64,000 bases of DNA, taken from the NCBI RefSeq assembly GCF_018350175.1, contig NC_058369.1, positions 22,260,001-22,324,000 on the forward strand, written 5' to 3'. A program made the translations under genes and the position numbers. The stretch is from Felis catus (taxonomy: Eukaryota). Shown one piece after another: positions 37,671 to 52,152 of the stretch. Position 1 is the first letter of the stretch; each line of letters starts with the position of its first letter. The notes beneath the pieces are model-generated. The model had not been told where the DNA came from and made no database searches. It worked only from the letters and a program-made list of their open reading frames with translations.

Positions 37671-40600
37671 GCTTCCAGCCCAAGTCCTCGTGCATCCACC
37701 AAAAGGAGTGTGATGACTCACTGTTCCTAAAACAGGAAAAGAAGCTTTAAAATTTTTAACTTGACATGCACTTGCAGAATCAGCCCAAAGCTAGGGCAGC
37801 TGCATCAGTGCTGCAAAGGTCCCCCACAGGCTCACCAAGTGCCCACCTCAGGCTGGGTGAGGCAGGCCTGGCAGGCAAGTCCCTGTGCTGGGGAACTAGA
37901 AGGAGGGAGCAGAGGTAGACACAGGAGATCAGTACTGTGAGATCCCTGCCAGGGCTGACAAACACAGGGCTGGGGGCACAGGAGAGAGGCTCCTCTCTAA
38001 ACTTGCGAAGTAGGGTGGTCCCCAGAAAGGCCTCTCTGTGACATGTGTGCCTAAACCTGGACCTGGCAGGTGTATGTCTATCTGCTGGAATGCAGGGGAG
38101 GTAAGGGCTTTCTAGGCTTGCACTCATTGTTCGCCCACCTAAGGCAGTTGCTGAGACCCTACCAGGCACCATTTCATCTCTAGCAGTACACAGAGAACAA
38201 GAATCTGCCCTCAAGACTGATGGGCTGGCCTAGGGAGACAGACAAGACTTCAGTAACTGAAGGAAGGGCAGAGTGAGGGGCTGGAGGCTGCAAAGCTCAA
38301 AGCCTCTGACCTGAGGGCCATGGGTGTCCTAGACGGCTTTTCAGCAGATGATGGGGTCAGAGCTACAATCTTCAACGTTCACTCTGTGGAGTGCTGGAGT
38401 TCAAATAACCAAATGCCAATAGCTTCTTAAGGGGCCTTTCCCAACAATGTGCAAATTAATTCCAACACACTTAGTGCACAGAGGTGAAAAAGAACCAGGA
38501 TATCCCACTCTACTGACACAAGAACATCTGAGAGAGCCCCACCTGAGACCTGCCCAAGACTGATGCCACAAGAGAGCTAAAGAGCCTCAAAAAAACCCTC
38601 TCCCCCCCCCCCCCCCCCGCCCATGAGCCTGCCCCAAGTAACAACAACAGCCTACCACTGGAGGCAGGCTAAGAGGTAAGAGTGTAGAGAAAGAGCCAGA
38701 CCCCCGTTTACTCAGGCACAGGAGAAAGAAGCCCCAGGCCTCCTGAAAGCCAGAACACCGAAGAGACTTCTAGCACTCCAGGCCCCATACTAGTAGGGGG
38801 TAGCAGGGCCCACCATTCAATTCCCAGCCGTGGCTCAACACTCCACACTGATGACCTGGTAGAATGAAGGCATGTTCTTTTCTAGGCATTAATACTATTT
38901 ACCTAGGTCACTACTGTCCTGTTACACATAAGGTCCAGCATTTAACACAAATTTGAGAGACACAGATTAGGAGCAGGGGAAGACGGTGAAGGAGGAGGAC
39001 CCTGAGCTCACCTCCTCCCACAGACACAGGAGGGCAACAAGTACACAGAATGCAGCTCACTCTGAAAACCACCTGAAGACTGGCAGACCAGCTATTCCAC
39101 AGCTAATGACGTAAAGAGAAGGTCCTATCAAGAAGGGTGGGAGGGTCAGAGACATGATTGGGAACCAAACCCCAGGCACACAGTCCACAAGTGGGGAGAA
39201 TACCATCCCAGAGGAGGTCTGCTCCCTCCCTGAGGAGGTCCTCCCTGAGGAGCAAGGGGATCAAACCCCACACTGGGCATCCCCACCCCGGGGATGTGCC
39301 CCGGAAAGATGAGCCCCTATAATATCTGGCTTTAAAAATCAGTAGGCTTAACTGTGGGAGAGCTGGAGGGCTATAGGAGAAACCAAGAGTCTGCTCTTAA
39401 AGGGCCAGTGCGCTACATCACTCAGTCTGAGACCCAACAGGAGAGCAGCAGTTTGAAAAGCACCTGGCTTAAATGTGAAGAAGATTTATTGACTAATTTT
39501 ACCACGTTTGCTGAAAGGGCAGGGATCCGTAGGAGATTTCTCCAGAGATGGAAGTGCTGGTGACACCATTTTTCTTGCCCTCCTTCAGCCTAGGTGGCTG
39601 GCTGCTTACAGGAGCCAGTTCTGATACTTCATCCACCTTGCTGGCATCGCTCGTCCCCCACCAGCATTCCCCTGTGGACCCACACCACCCAACCCACGTG
39701 CCCCAGCAGGTGTCCCTCCAAAGTGGCTCCTGCCCCTGCACACCTGGAAGGCAGCCTCGGCCAGTACTGGCACCATTCCAAAGTGACACCTGCCCTGGGG
39801 AAGCAGACAGCTGGCACCACACACCAGCATGCCTGCAGCGGCTACAGCCGAGCCATTCAGCCAGCCACACCAGGGGCCAGTCCTGCCCATCATTACACCA
39901 CACAAGTTGTGGCCCTGTCACAACAGGAGGGTGCAAGCAGCCCACACAGGGACACTCCTTGAGTGCCTGGTTCTGGTGACCAGGGGAGACTGCACTTCCG
40001 CACAAGGCCGTTACTTTTAAGACCGGGAGACATACCTACCCTACCTAATGCACAGAAACAAACACAGAGTCAAACAGAATGAGGACACAGAGGAATATGT
40101 TCCAAACACAAGATGATGACAGGGCCTCAGAAAAAGAACTAAGCAAAGTGGAGATTGGCAATCTACCTGCTGAAGAATCCAAAGTAATGGTGATAAGGAT
40201 GCTCATTTGACTTGTGAGAAGAGTAGAGGAGCTCAGAGAGAACATCAACAAGGAGACAGAAAATATAAAAAGGAACAAATCAGAGTGGCCTAAAAGTAAC
40301 TGAACAATAGAGGAAATCAACAGCAGATTAGAGGATGCAGAGGAACAGCTCGGCAATCTGGAACACAGGGTAGGGGAAAGCACCCAAGGTGAACAGCAAA
40401 AAGAAAAAGAATTTTTAATGAGGACAGATGAAGGGACCCCTGAGACAACATCAAGTGTACTAACACTAACCTCTTCACATTAAAGAGATCCCAGAAAGAG
40501 AAAAGAGAGAGAGACAGAGAGACAGAGAGCAAGAGAGAGAATGGGGCAGAAAACTTATTTTAAGAAATAATAGCTGAAAATTTTCTTAACTTGGGGATGA

Positions 40601-41724
40601 AAACAGACATCCAGGTTCAGGAAGCACAAAAAGCCCCTAACACAATGGACCCAGGAGGTCTACACCAAGGCACATGATAATTAAAATGGCAGAAATTACA
40701 GAGAATCTTAAAAGCAGGAAGAGAAAAGCAAATAGCTACATAGAAGGAAAACCCCAATAGGGCTATCACCAGATTTTCAGCAGAAACTTTGCAAGAAGAA
40801 GAGAGGGATATGATATATCCAAAGTGCTGAAAGGAAAAAGCCTATAACCAAGAATACTTTATCTGGCAAAGTTATTGCTTAGAATTAAAGGGGAGATAGT
40901 TTTTCAGACAAACAAAAGTTGAAAATGTTCATCACCACTAAACCAACCTTACAAGAAATGTTAAAGGGATCTCTTTAAGAGGAAAATAAAAGATCATAAT
41001 TAGAAGAAAATTAAGAAAGGAAACATAAAAAGTAAAGTAAATTTCACTGGTAAATTCACCAGTAAATTTCACTGGCAAAAGCAAACATAGTAATAACATA
41101 ATCACTTAAAAAGCTAGTATGAAGGTAAAAGACAAAAGTAGTAAAATCAATTATACCTACAAAAATTAGTTAAGGGATACACAAAATAAAAAGATATAAA
41201 AATATTATGTCATATACATTAAAACATGTCATATACATTAAAAATGTAGTACTTTCAGAATATGTTCAAACTTAAATGACTGACTTAATATAGAGTGTTA
41301 CATACAGAGGATGTCATATATGAGTCTTATAGTAACCACAAACCAAAAATGTGTAATAAGTACACAAAAATAAAGACAAAGGAACCAAAGCACAACACTA
41401 AAAAAAAGTCACCAAATCAGAATGGAAGAGAGCAAGAAGAAAGGAGTATAGAACAACTACAAAAAACAACCAGAAAACAATTTACAAAATGGTAATAAGT
41501 ATATACCTATCAATAATTACTTTAAATGTAAATGGATAAATGCTTCAATCAAAAGACACAGGATGACTGGATGAATACAAAAATAAGACCCATCTATATG
41601 CTGTCTATAAAAGACTCGCTTCAGACCTAAAGACAAATAGACACAAGCAGATTCAAAGTGAAGAAGTAGAAAAAGATATTGGAAGCAAAAAAAACAAAAA
41701 CAAAAAACAAACAAAAAAAAAAAC

Positions 41725-41878
41725 TCAGGTCATGATCTCACAGTCTGTGGGTTCAAGCCCTGCATCGGGCTCTGTGCCAAAAGTACAGAGCCTGCTTGGG
41801 ATTCTGTCTCCCTCTCTCTCTTTGCCCCTTGCCCCCTCACACCCTCTCTCTTTCTAAAATAAATAAACATTAAAATAA
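41725..41878 (+). mobile_element. 5'-truncated Can-SINE
   Basis: CTCAGGTCATGATCTCAC..GATTCTGTCTCCCTCTCTC..AATAAATAAAC. Confidence 0.8.
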
Positions 41879-42885
41879 AGACTGTACCAAGAGATACATA
41901 ATGATAAAGTGATCAATACAAGAGAATATAACAGTTGTAAATATCTGCGCACCCAACATAGGAGGACCTAAACATATGAAACAAATATGAGCAGACTTAC
42001 AGGGAGAAATTGATAGTAATACAATATTAGTAGAGGAGTTTAAAATCCCACTTCAAGACTAGATAGATCATCCATGCAAAAAAAATCAATAAGGAAACAG
42101 TAGTTTAGAATGGAAATTAAGACCAGATAGACTTAACAGATATATACAGAACATTCCATCCCAAAACAACAGAATATACATTCTTTTAAAGTGCACATGT
42201 AATGTTCTCCAAAATAGCTCTCATGTTAGGCCAAAATACAAGTTTCAATAAATTTTAAAAGCATGAAATCGTATCAAGCATCTTTTCCAACCACGATGGT
42301 ATGAAACTAGAAATCAATTACTAGAAAAAAACGCAAACACACAGAAACTAAACAACATGCTACTAAACAACCAATAAGTCAATGAAGAAATAAAGGAGGA
42401 AATTTAAAAATACCTAGAGACAAATGAAAATGGAAACACAATGGTTCAAAATCTTTGGGACTTAGCAAAAGTAGTTCTAAGAGAGAAATTTATAATGATA
42501 CAGTCCTACCTCAAGAAACAAACAAAAATCTCAATCTAACTAGAAAAAGAAGAAAGCCCAAAGTCAGCAGAAGGAAGGAATTAATATCAGAGCAGAAATA
42601 CACAGACTAAAAAAACACTATAGAAAAGATCAATGAAACTAAGAGCTGGTTCTTTGAAAAGATAAGCAAAATTGATAAACCTCTAGCCAGATTCATCAAG
42701 GAAAAAAAAGAAAACTCACGAAAAAGAGAAATTACAACCAACACCACAGAAATACAAAGGATTATGAAACAACTATGAAAAATTATACATCAACAAACTG
42801 AAAAACCTAGAAGTGGATAAATTTCTAGAAACATACAATTTTCCAAGACTGAATCAGGAATAAATAAAAAAATTGGAACAGACCA

Positions 42886-43110
42886 GGGGCACCTGGGTGG
42901 CTCAGTTGGTTAAGCATCCTACTTCGGCTCAGGTCGTGATCTCTCAGTTTCTGAGTTCAAGCCCCGTGTTGGGCTCTGTGCTGACAGCTCAGAGCCTGGA
43001 GCTTGCTTCAGATTCTGTGTCTCCCAGTCTCTTGGCCCCTCCCATGCTCATGCTCTGTCTCTCTCTGTCTCTCATTAATAAATGTTAAAAAAAAATTTAA
43101 TAAAAAAAAA
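42886..43110 (+). mobile_element. Can-SINE (felid type)
   Basis: Full head and tail; TSD AAAAAAATTGGAACAGACC. Confidence 0.93.
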
Positions 43111-44217
43111 TTGGAACAGACCTACTAGTAGTAATGAAATTGAATCAGTAATGACAAAGATCTCAACAAACAAAAGTCCAGGACCACATAGCTTCACAGG
43201 TGAACTGTATCAAACATTTGAATTAGCATTAATACCCATCCTTCTCAAACTATCCCAAAAAATAGAAGAGACAGGAATGCTTCCAAATTCATTCTATGAG
43301 GCCAGCATTACCCTGATACCAAAACCACACAAAGATACTACAAGAAAATTATAGACCAATATCCCTGATAAACAATGATGCAAAATTTCTCGACAAAATA
43401 TTAGCAAACCCAATTATAAAACAAGATATTAAAAGGATCATTCACCACAATCAAGTGGGATTTATTTCAGGGATGCAAGGGTGATTCAATATTTGCAAAT
43501 CAATCAACCTGATACACCATATTAACAAAATGAAGAATAAAAATCATGCAATCCTCTCAATAAATACAGAAAAAAAATCACAAAATTCAACATCTATTCA
43601 TGATAAAAACTATCAACAAAACGGGCAGAGACGAAACATGTCTCAAAATAATAATGGCCATATATGACACACCCACAGCTAATTTCATAGTCAATGGTGA
43701 AAAGCTAAAAGCTTTCCCTCTAACATCAGGAATAAGACAAGGATGTCCACTCTCACCACGTTCATTCAACATAGTACCAGAAGCCCTAGCCACAGCAATC
43801 AGACAAGAAAAAGAAATAAAAGGCATCCAAATTAGTAAAGAAAAAGTAAAACTGTCACTCTTGACAGATGGCATGATACTATAGATTAAAAAACAAAAAC
43901 AAAAACACCTAAAGATTAAAAAAAACAAAACACTGGAACTAATAAATGAATTCAGTAAAGTTTCAGGATACAAAATTAATATACAGAACTCTGTTGAGTT
44001 TCTATACACTAATAATCAACTGGCAGAAAGAGAAATAAAGAAAATAATCCCATTTACAATTGTATCAAAAAGAATAAAATACCTAAGAATAAATTTAACC
44101 AAGGAGATCAAAGACCTGTATTCTGAACTATAAGTTATCAATGAATGAAATTGGAAATGACACAAATAAATGGAAAGATAGGTCTGAAGAATTAATATCA
44201 TTAAAATGTCCATACTT

Positions 44218-44440
44218 GGGGCACCTGGGTGGCTCAGTCGGTTAAGCATCCGACTTCAGCTCAGGTCACGATCTCACGGTCCATGGGTTCGAGCCCCGCG
44301 TCGGGCTCTGGGCTGATGGCTCAGAGCCTGGAGCCTGTTTCCGATTCTGTGTCTCCCTCTCTCTCTGCCCCTCCCCCGTTCATGCTCTGTCTCTCTCTGT
44401 CTCAAAAATAAATAAACGTTAAAAAAAAAAAGTTAAAAAA
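44218..44440 (+). mobile_element. Can-SINE (SINEC_Fc-like)
   Basis: TSD AAAATGTCCATACTT. Confidence 0.93.
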
Positions 44441-45224
44441 AAATGTCCATACTTCACCAAGCAATCTACAGATTCAATGCAATCCCTATCAAAGTAACAA
44501 TTGATTTTTCACAGAACTAGAACAAGTAGTCCTCAGATTTGTATGGAACCACAAAAGACCCTGAATAGCCAAAACATTCTTCAGAAAGAAGAACAAGGCT
44601 GGAGATATAATGCTCCCAGATTTCAAACTACACTACAAAGCCATAGTAATCAAAACAGTATGATACTGGCACAAAAACAGACACATAGATCAATGGAACA
44701 GAACAGAGAGCCCAGAAATAAACCTGTACTTACATGGTCAAATAATCTATCACAAAGGAGGCAAGAATACACAATAGGAAAAAGTCTCTTTTTGTTGGGC
44801 AAATGGGACAGCTATGTGCAAAAGAATGAAATTGGGCCACTTTCTTACACCATACACAAAAATAAACTCAAAATGGATTAAGGACCTAAATGTAACATCT
44901 AAAACCATAAGAATCAGAGAAGTAAACATAGATAGTAAATTCTGACATCTGCTTTAGCATTATTTTTCTGGATTGGTCTCTCCAGGCAAAACAAACAAAA
45001 GAGAAAAGAAAAAACTGGGATTACATCAAGTTAAAAAACTTTTGCACAGGAAAGGAAACCATCAACAAAATGAAAACACAAGATGTTTGAGAGAAGAATG
45101 AATGGATGGGAGAAAATATCTGCAAAATGATTTATCTGATAAGGGGTAAATATCCAAAAAAGATAAAGAACTTGCACAACTCAACACCAGAAAAACAAAT
45201 AATCTAATTTAAAAATGGGCAGAG

Positions 45225-45440
45225 GGGGCGCCTGGGTGGCGCAGTCGGTTAAGCGTCCGACTTCAGCCAGGTCACGATTTCGCGGTCCGTGAGTTCGAGC
45301 CCCACGTCAGGCTCTGGGCTGATGGCTCGGAGCCTGGAGCCTGTTTCCGATTCTGTGTCTCCCTCTCTCTCTGCCCCTCCCCCGTTCATGCTCTGTCTCT
45401 CTCTGTCCCAAAAATAAATAAACGTTGAAAAAAAAAAATT
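45225..45440 (+). mobile_element. Young Can-SINE (SINEC_Fc-like)
   Basis: TSD AAAAATGGGCAGA; CpG-rich; near-identical to the copies at 47249 and 53454. Confidence 0.94.
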
Positions 45441-47248
45441 AAAAATGGGCAGAGGACCTGAATAGACCTATTTTTCCAAAGAAGACATACAGATGGTCAA
45501 CAGACACATGAAAAGATGTTCAGCATTACAAATCATTACAGAAATATAAATCAAAACCACAATGAGAAATCGCCTCACACCAGCCAGAATGGCTAGTATC
45601 AAAAGGACAAGAAAAAACAAGTGTTGGCAAGGATGTGGAGAAAAGGGAACTCTCCTGTATTAGTGGTAGGAATGTAAATTGGTGCAGCCACTATGGAAAA
45701 TGTAGTTTCCTCAAATTATTAAAAACAGAAATACTATATGATCCAGTAATTCCACTTCTGGGTATTTACCCAGAGAAAACAAAAACACTAATTTAAAAAG
45801 ATATATGCATCTCTGTTTACTGAGCATTATTCACAATAGTCAAGATATGAAAGCAACGTATGTGTCCTTGGATAGATGAATGAATAAAGAAAATGTGGTG
45901 TATTACACAATGGAATATTACTCAGCTATAAAAATAATAAAATATTGCCATTGGCAACAACATGAAGGGATCTAGATGGTATAATGCTAAGTGAAATAAG
46001 TCACAGAAAGATAGATACCATATAATTTCATTAATATGTGTAATTTAAGAAACAAATGAACAAAGAAAAAATGAGACAAAAAACCAAACTCCCCTTATTT
46101 TTTTATCTTTTCAGAATATAATTGACTGTCAAAAGCAAAGGTAGTAAAATATATAATAGGGTTTATAATATATGTAGCATTAAAATATATATAACAATAA
46201 AAGCACAAAGTATGGCATGGGGGAAATAGAAGTATACTTTTGTAAGGTTTTTACACCCTACATGAAGTGGTACAATATTATTTGAAGGTATACTGTGATA
46301 AGTGAAAGGTATGTATCGTAAACCCTATCATAATCACTAAAAAGTAAATAAGAATTGCAGCTAATAAATCAATAGTGGAGATAAAATAATATAAAATAAT
46401 CAAGAGGTAAAAGAAACTTAAAAGAGATAGGACAAATAAAGAGCAAATAGTAAAATGTTAGATTTAAATCAAACCATATCAATAATTACATTAACTGTAA
46501 ATAGTATAAACACTCTAATAAAAATGCAGAAATTGTCAGGTGGAATTTTTAAAAAGACTCAAGTATGTGCTGCCTACAGAAAAAAAACACACCACTTTAA
46601 ATACAAGGACACAGATAATAAAAAAATGGAAAAATAGATGCACCACATAAACTGTATATAAAAACAGTCTACAAAAAAACAATTAGACTGAATATATTAA
46701 TTTTAGACAATGTAGACTTCAGTACAAAGAATATTACCAAGGTTAGGAAGACATTTCAAGATGATAAAAGGGCTAATTTATCAAAGACAAAACAGTTCTA
46801 AATGTGTATGTGCCTAATAGAGCTTCAAAATCGTGAAGCAAAAATGACAGAACTGAAAGGAGAAATGAATAAATAAATACACAGTTACACCTGGAGACTT
46901 CAACATTTCCCCTCTCAGTAACAGATAAAACAACTAGGCAAAAAATCATTATATAGAAAACTTGAACATTATGAACTACATTGACCTAATTAACACTTAT
47001 TATTAAACACCCAAACAACAGCAGAATACATGTTCTTTGCAAATATACCTCACTAAGAGAGACCTTGTTCTGGGCTATAATAAGAATCTCAACAAATGCA
47101 AAAGGACTGAAATGACACAAAGTATGTTGTCTGTCCACAAAATGATTTAGAAATTATGTAGAGAGAGATAGATATCTATATGTATATCACCAAGAAATTA
47201 AGCAACACTCTTCTATAAAACCCATGAATCAAAAAAGAGATCACAAGA

Positions 47249-47465
47249 GGGGCGCCTGGGTGGCGCAGTCGGTTAAGCGTCCGACTTCAGCCAGGTCACG
47301 ATCTCGCGGTCCGGGAGTTCGAGCCCCGCGTCGGGCTCTGGGCTGATGGCTCAGAGCCTGGAACCTGTTTCCGACTCTGTGTCTCCCTCTCTCTCTGCCC
47401 CTCCCCCGTTCATGCTCTGTCTCTCTCTGTCCCAAAAATAAATAAACGTTGAAAAAAAAAATTTT
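47249..47465 (+). mobile_element. Young Can-SINE (SINEC_Fc-like)
   Basis: TSD AAAAAAGAGATCACAAGA. Confidence 0.94.
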
Positions 47466-47739
47466 AAAAAAGAGATCACAAGAGAAATTAGCACATGTTT
47501 GACTGAATGAAAATGAAAACACAAGAGACCAAAATGTGTGGAATTCAGGTAAAGCAGTGCTTTGAGGAAATATATGGCATTATAATGCTTATATTAGAAA
47601 AGCCAGATCTCAAATTGATGGTCTATACTTTTTTACCTCTAAAAAAAGAAAAAAATCAGAAAAAACAATCCCAGAGTCATCATAAATAATAAACATTAAC
47701 AGTAAAAATAAGTAAAATTGAAAACAAATTTTAAAAAAG

Positions 47740-47942
47740 TTTTCAGTTTACTTATTTAGAGAGAAAGAGAGACAAGAGACAGAGAAAGAGCAAGCAGAGG
47801 ATGGGAGGGAGAGAATCCAAAGCAGGCTCCACGCTGTCAGCACAGAGCCTAATGCAGGGCTCAAACTCAGAGACTGTGAGATCATGACCTGAGATGAAAC
47901 CAAGAGTCAGATGCTTAACTGATTGACCCACCCAGGTGCCCC
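47740..47942 (-). mobile_element. Can-SINE
   Basis: Reverse head CACCCAGGTGCCCC and a GA-rich tract. Confidence 0.88.
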
Positions 47943-48894
47943 GTTTTTAAAAAATTTTTTTAAGTTCATTTATTTAGAAAACAAATTTAAAAGTAGAAAA
48001 AATAAAACCAAAATTTGGTTCTTTAAAACAATTAAATTAATAAACCTCTACCCAAAAAAAGAAAGGTAACACAAATTACCAACACCAGCAAATGACAGAG
48101 GGGGTATTGCTACATATTCTACAGACAATAAAAAACAGTATTCTGAAATTTTTATGCCAACAAATGTGATCATTAAGACAGTATGGATAAATTTCTTGAA
48201 AGATTATCCAAGCTCACTCAAGAACTATATAACCTAAATAGCTCTACATACCTATTAAAGAGATCGAATTCATTATTTAAATTTTTCCCACAAAGAAAAC
48301 TGTAGACTTCATTGGTAAAATCTAACAAACATCAAAGATATAATAATACTGATTCTACAGAAAACAGAAGAGTAGAGAACACTCTCCGATTCATTTTATA
48401 AAGCCAGCAGAATCCTGTTACTGAAGACATCACAAGAAGACTACACACCAATATCCTTCATGAACAAAGATGCAAAAATCTTTAACAAATTTTTAGCAAA
48501 TCAAATCCAGCAACATACATTATAACCAATTACAGTTTATCCCAGGAATGCAAAGTTGGTTCAACAGCAGAAAAATCAACATGTTTCATCATATTAAGAA
48601 ACTAAAAAAGAAAAACCATATGATTGTCTTAATGCAGAAAGCATTTAGCAATATTCCACATTCCATCCATAAAATCTGTGTACCCAAGGAATTAAAGAGA
48701 ACTTCCCAGTAAAGAGCATCTATGAAATACCTACACCTAACTATATATTCAATAGTGAAAGGCTAAAAACTTTCTCCCTGAGGTCAGGAACAAGGCAAGG
48801 ATATTCACCCTCACCACATTTATTCAATACTGTGCAAAGGTTCTAACCAGAATTTTAAGGCTAATTAATTCATTAATATAAAAGTGGAAGACCC

Positions 48895-49100
48895 GGGTAC
48901 CTGGGTGGCTCAGTCAGGGTTAAGCGTTTGACTTCGGCTCAGGTCATGATCTCACGGTCGTGGTTTCAGGCCCCGCATCAGGCTCTGTGCTGACAGCTCA
49001 GAGCCTGGAGCCTGCTTTGGATTCTGTGTCCCCTTCTCTCTCTGACCCTCCCCTGCCTACACTCTGTCTCTGTCTCTCAAAAAAATAAAATATTTAAAAA
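48895..49100 (+). mobile_element. Can-SINE
   Basis: Head CCTGGGTGGCTCAG; flanks repeat AAAAGTGGAAG. Confidence 0.9.
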
Positions 49101-49326
49101 CAGTTTTTTAAAAGTGTTTTTTAAAAGTGGAAGGCACACAGATTAGAGAGAAAGAATTATAAATGTCTTTATTTGCAGATAACATGAGCATCTACATAGA
49201 AATTCCCAAGGAATTTATGAAGGGTACTGAGAATTAATAACCGAATTTAACAAGGATATAGGATACAAGGTCAACATACAAAAGTCAATTGTATTTTTAT
49301 ATACTATAAACAATTGGAAATTTAAA

Positions 49327-49760
49327 TGTAAACGTAAGTAAAAAAAATGAATTTAGTTTTGATGTTTGACTGCTGGCAGGTTTAAGCTCCATTCCCTCCT
49401 TCTTGCCGTGTATCTGGGCAAGTCAATAAGATAGCCCTGGCATTTCTGCCCTCACTGTCAGTTGGGGCAGGGGGACAGGGGAGTTCAAATCATAAAAATC
49501 CAACCTATACACAGGTATCTTCACCTTGCTCCTGTTCCCCAACCATAATAAAAACCGGAGCCACTCACCCTTCCCTTCACTCAAGCTACCCCAGAACAAC
49601 TCGTGTGCCTGCACTGCTCTCCCCAGAAAACCCCATTCTGTGAAAAACAAGCCCTGTCGTAGCCTCTTGGTATATGTGTGGTGTCATCAGTCTCAACATT
49701 CAAACAAATTTTGGGTGGTGGTAGGGCTGATCCCATCTTCTGTGGGGCAACCACAAAACA
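49327..49760 (+). mobile_element. Solo LTR (MER88/MER74-like ERVL group) inserted in L1 ORF2
   Basis: TG...CA ends; ATCTGGGCAAG..ATAAG and CCATAATAAAAACC motifs; L1 sequence resumes on both sides. Family assignment from recall. Confidence 0.65.
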
Positions 49761-52152
49761 AAACAGTATCATTTACAAGAGCATCAGGAAATGTGAAATG
49801 CTTAGGAGCACATTTAACAAAATATGTGCAAGACTTATACAATGAAAACTACAAAAACCCGCTGATAGAAATTAAAGAAAACCTAAATAAATAGAAAGAG
49901 ATACCATGAACAGGAAGACATAACACTGTTATGATGTCAATACTCTCTAAATTGATTTATAGATATAATGCAATGGCAATCAGATCTCAGCAGGATGTTT
50001 GTTTATAGAAACTGACATGCTGACTTCAAAATGTATATGGAAATACAAAGAACATAGAAAGTTGTAGTAGAGTCGTACAAAGAAACTCTTCACAATAGTG
50101 AAAATGAAGGAACACAGAACTTCACATCAACACAAATGAATCCTAGAAATATATTCAAATATAAAAGCAAACTTATGGATGGTATGACCTAAATAAGACC
50201 TTTATATAAATAGTTTCAAAACATGTAATCCATGTATGTACCTAACATCAGAGCCCCAAAATATGTGAAGCAAGCATTAACAGATTTGAAGGGTTATCAT
50301 ATAATTCAACAGTAATTAGTGGAGACTTCTATACTCAAATTTCAATAATGGATAGAATAACCATTATAGATCAATAGGAAATAGATGATTTAACACTACA
50401 AACCAACTGGACCCAGTAGACATATACAGAATACTCCATCCAACAGCAGAATATACATTTTTCTCAAGTGCACATGGAACATTCTTCCAGGACAGACATA
50501 TGTTAGCCTATAAATCTTAATAAATTTTAAAAGATTGAAATCATACAAAGTATCTTTTCTAATAATGAAATGAAAGTAGAGATCAATATCAAAAGGAAAA
50601 CTAGAAAATTCACAAAAAGGTGGAAATTAAACAACACACTCTTAAACAGCCAACTTGTCAAAGAAGAAATCACAAGGAAAATTAGAGACAAATGAAAATG
50701 AAAACAACATAACAAAACTTAGGAGATGGAGCAAAAGCAGTGCTAAGTGGGAAATTTTTAGTTGCAAATGCATACATTTAAAAAGAAGAAACATCTCAAA
50801 AAAAAAAAAATAACCTAACTTTAAATCTTAAGATACTACAAAAGAAGAGCAAACTAAGCCCAAAGCTAGCAGAAGGAAGGAAATAATAGATTAGAACAGA
50901 GATTAATGAAATAAAGAACAGAAAAATAGAGAAAATCAAGCCAAAAGTTATTCTTCAAAAAAAAAAAAAAAAAATGATGAACCTTTGAGTAGAATGGCTA
51001 AGAAAAAAGAGAGAAGACTCAAATTAGTAAAATCAGAAATGAAAGTGGGGACATCACTACTGATTTTACAGAAATAAAAAGGATTATAAGCACTATGAAT
51101 AACTGTATATCAACAAATTAGATATCCTAGATGAAATTCCCAAAAAATTCCCAGAAATAGACCATCCATCAAAACTGAATTATGAAGAAATAGAAAATAT
51201 GAATAAACCTGTAACTAGTAAGGAGATAGAATCAGTAATCAAAACCCTCCAAACAAAGAAAAGCCCTGGACAAGATGGCTTCACTCATGGATTCTACCAA
51301 ATGTTTAAAAAGTTAACATCAATACTTCTCAAATTATTCCAAAAAATGAAGGGGAGAGAAAATTTCCTAATTCATTGTATGAGGCTGGCATTACCTAGAA
51401 ACCAAAGTCAGACAGACACTAACAAGAAAACTACCGACCAATATATCTTATGAATATCAATGCAAAAATTATTAACAAAATATAAGCAAACTCAATTCAT
51501 TATATTAAAGAAGATTATGCACCAAGTGGAATTTGTTCCAGGAATTCAAGGATGGTTCAACATACAAAAATCAATCAATATAATACACCACACTAACAGA
51601 ATGAAGGAATAAAAACTATATAATCATCTCAACCGATGAAGAAAAAAACATTTTAGAAAATTAAACATTTTCATGATAGAAACCATTCCATTTATAATAG
51701 CATCAAAAAGAATAAAACACTTAGAAATAAATTTATCCACAGAGTTTAAACACACTACAAAACATGGCTGAACAAAATTAAAGAAGACATAAAGAAAAGG
51801 AAAAAACCCCACGTTCATGGACTTAATATTGTTAGTGATAATACTACTCAAAGCAATGTAATAGATACAATGTAATATATAGATTCAATGTAATCTCTAT
51901 CAAAAGCCCAATAGTGTTTTTTTTTTTGCAAAAACAGAGAAACTTAACCTAAAATTCATATGGCATCTCAAGAGACCCCAAATATCCAAAATAGTCTTAG
52001 AAAAGAAGAAAGTTGGAGGAATCACACTTCCTGATTTCAATACTTACTACAAAGCTACAGTAATCAAAACAGTGTGGTGGTGGCATAAGAACAGACATGT
52101 ACACCAACAGAATAGAGAGCCTAGAAATAAACCCTTGCGTAAGTGGTTAACT

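Larger units (their letters stand above)
38970..46090 (+). mobile_element. Near full-length decayed carnivore L1 (5'UTR, ORF1, ORF2; 3' end missing) interrupted by 4 SINEs
   Basis: 5' GGGGAAGACGG..GACCCTGAGCTCACCTC; ORF1 remnants about 40080-40980; ORF2 peptides KSPGPHSFTGELYQTF and [18 protein letters not shown]; many stops. Confidence 0.9.
46091..50230 (+). mobile_element. Old L1M-type LINE (inter-ORF and ORF2 remnants)
   Basis: ORF2 N-terminus-like TISIITLTVNSINTLIK; YVQDLYNENYK..IEIKENLNK; heavily decayed. Confidence 0.8.

Noticed and set aside
37019..37730. Long alternative-frame and antisense ORFs over the first CHDH coding exon
   Set aside because: Expected shadows of a GC/CpG-rich coding exon. 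The in-frame extension to 37721 starts at GTG, not ATG.
41038..41076. Triplicated AAATTTCACTGG-like unit with a small inverted repeat
   Set aside because: Local slippage inside a decayed L1 spacer.
38970..46090. Potentially active L1
   Set aside because: ORF1 and ORF2 are broken by stops, frameshifts and four SINEs, and the 3' end is missing.
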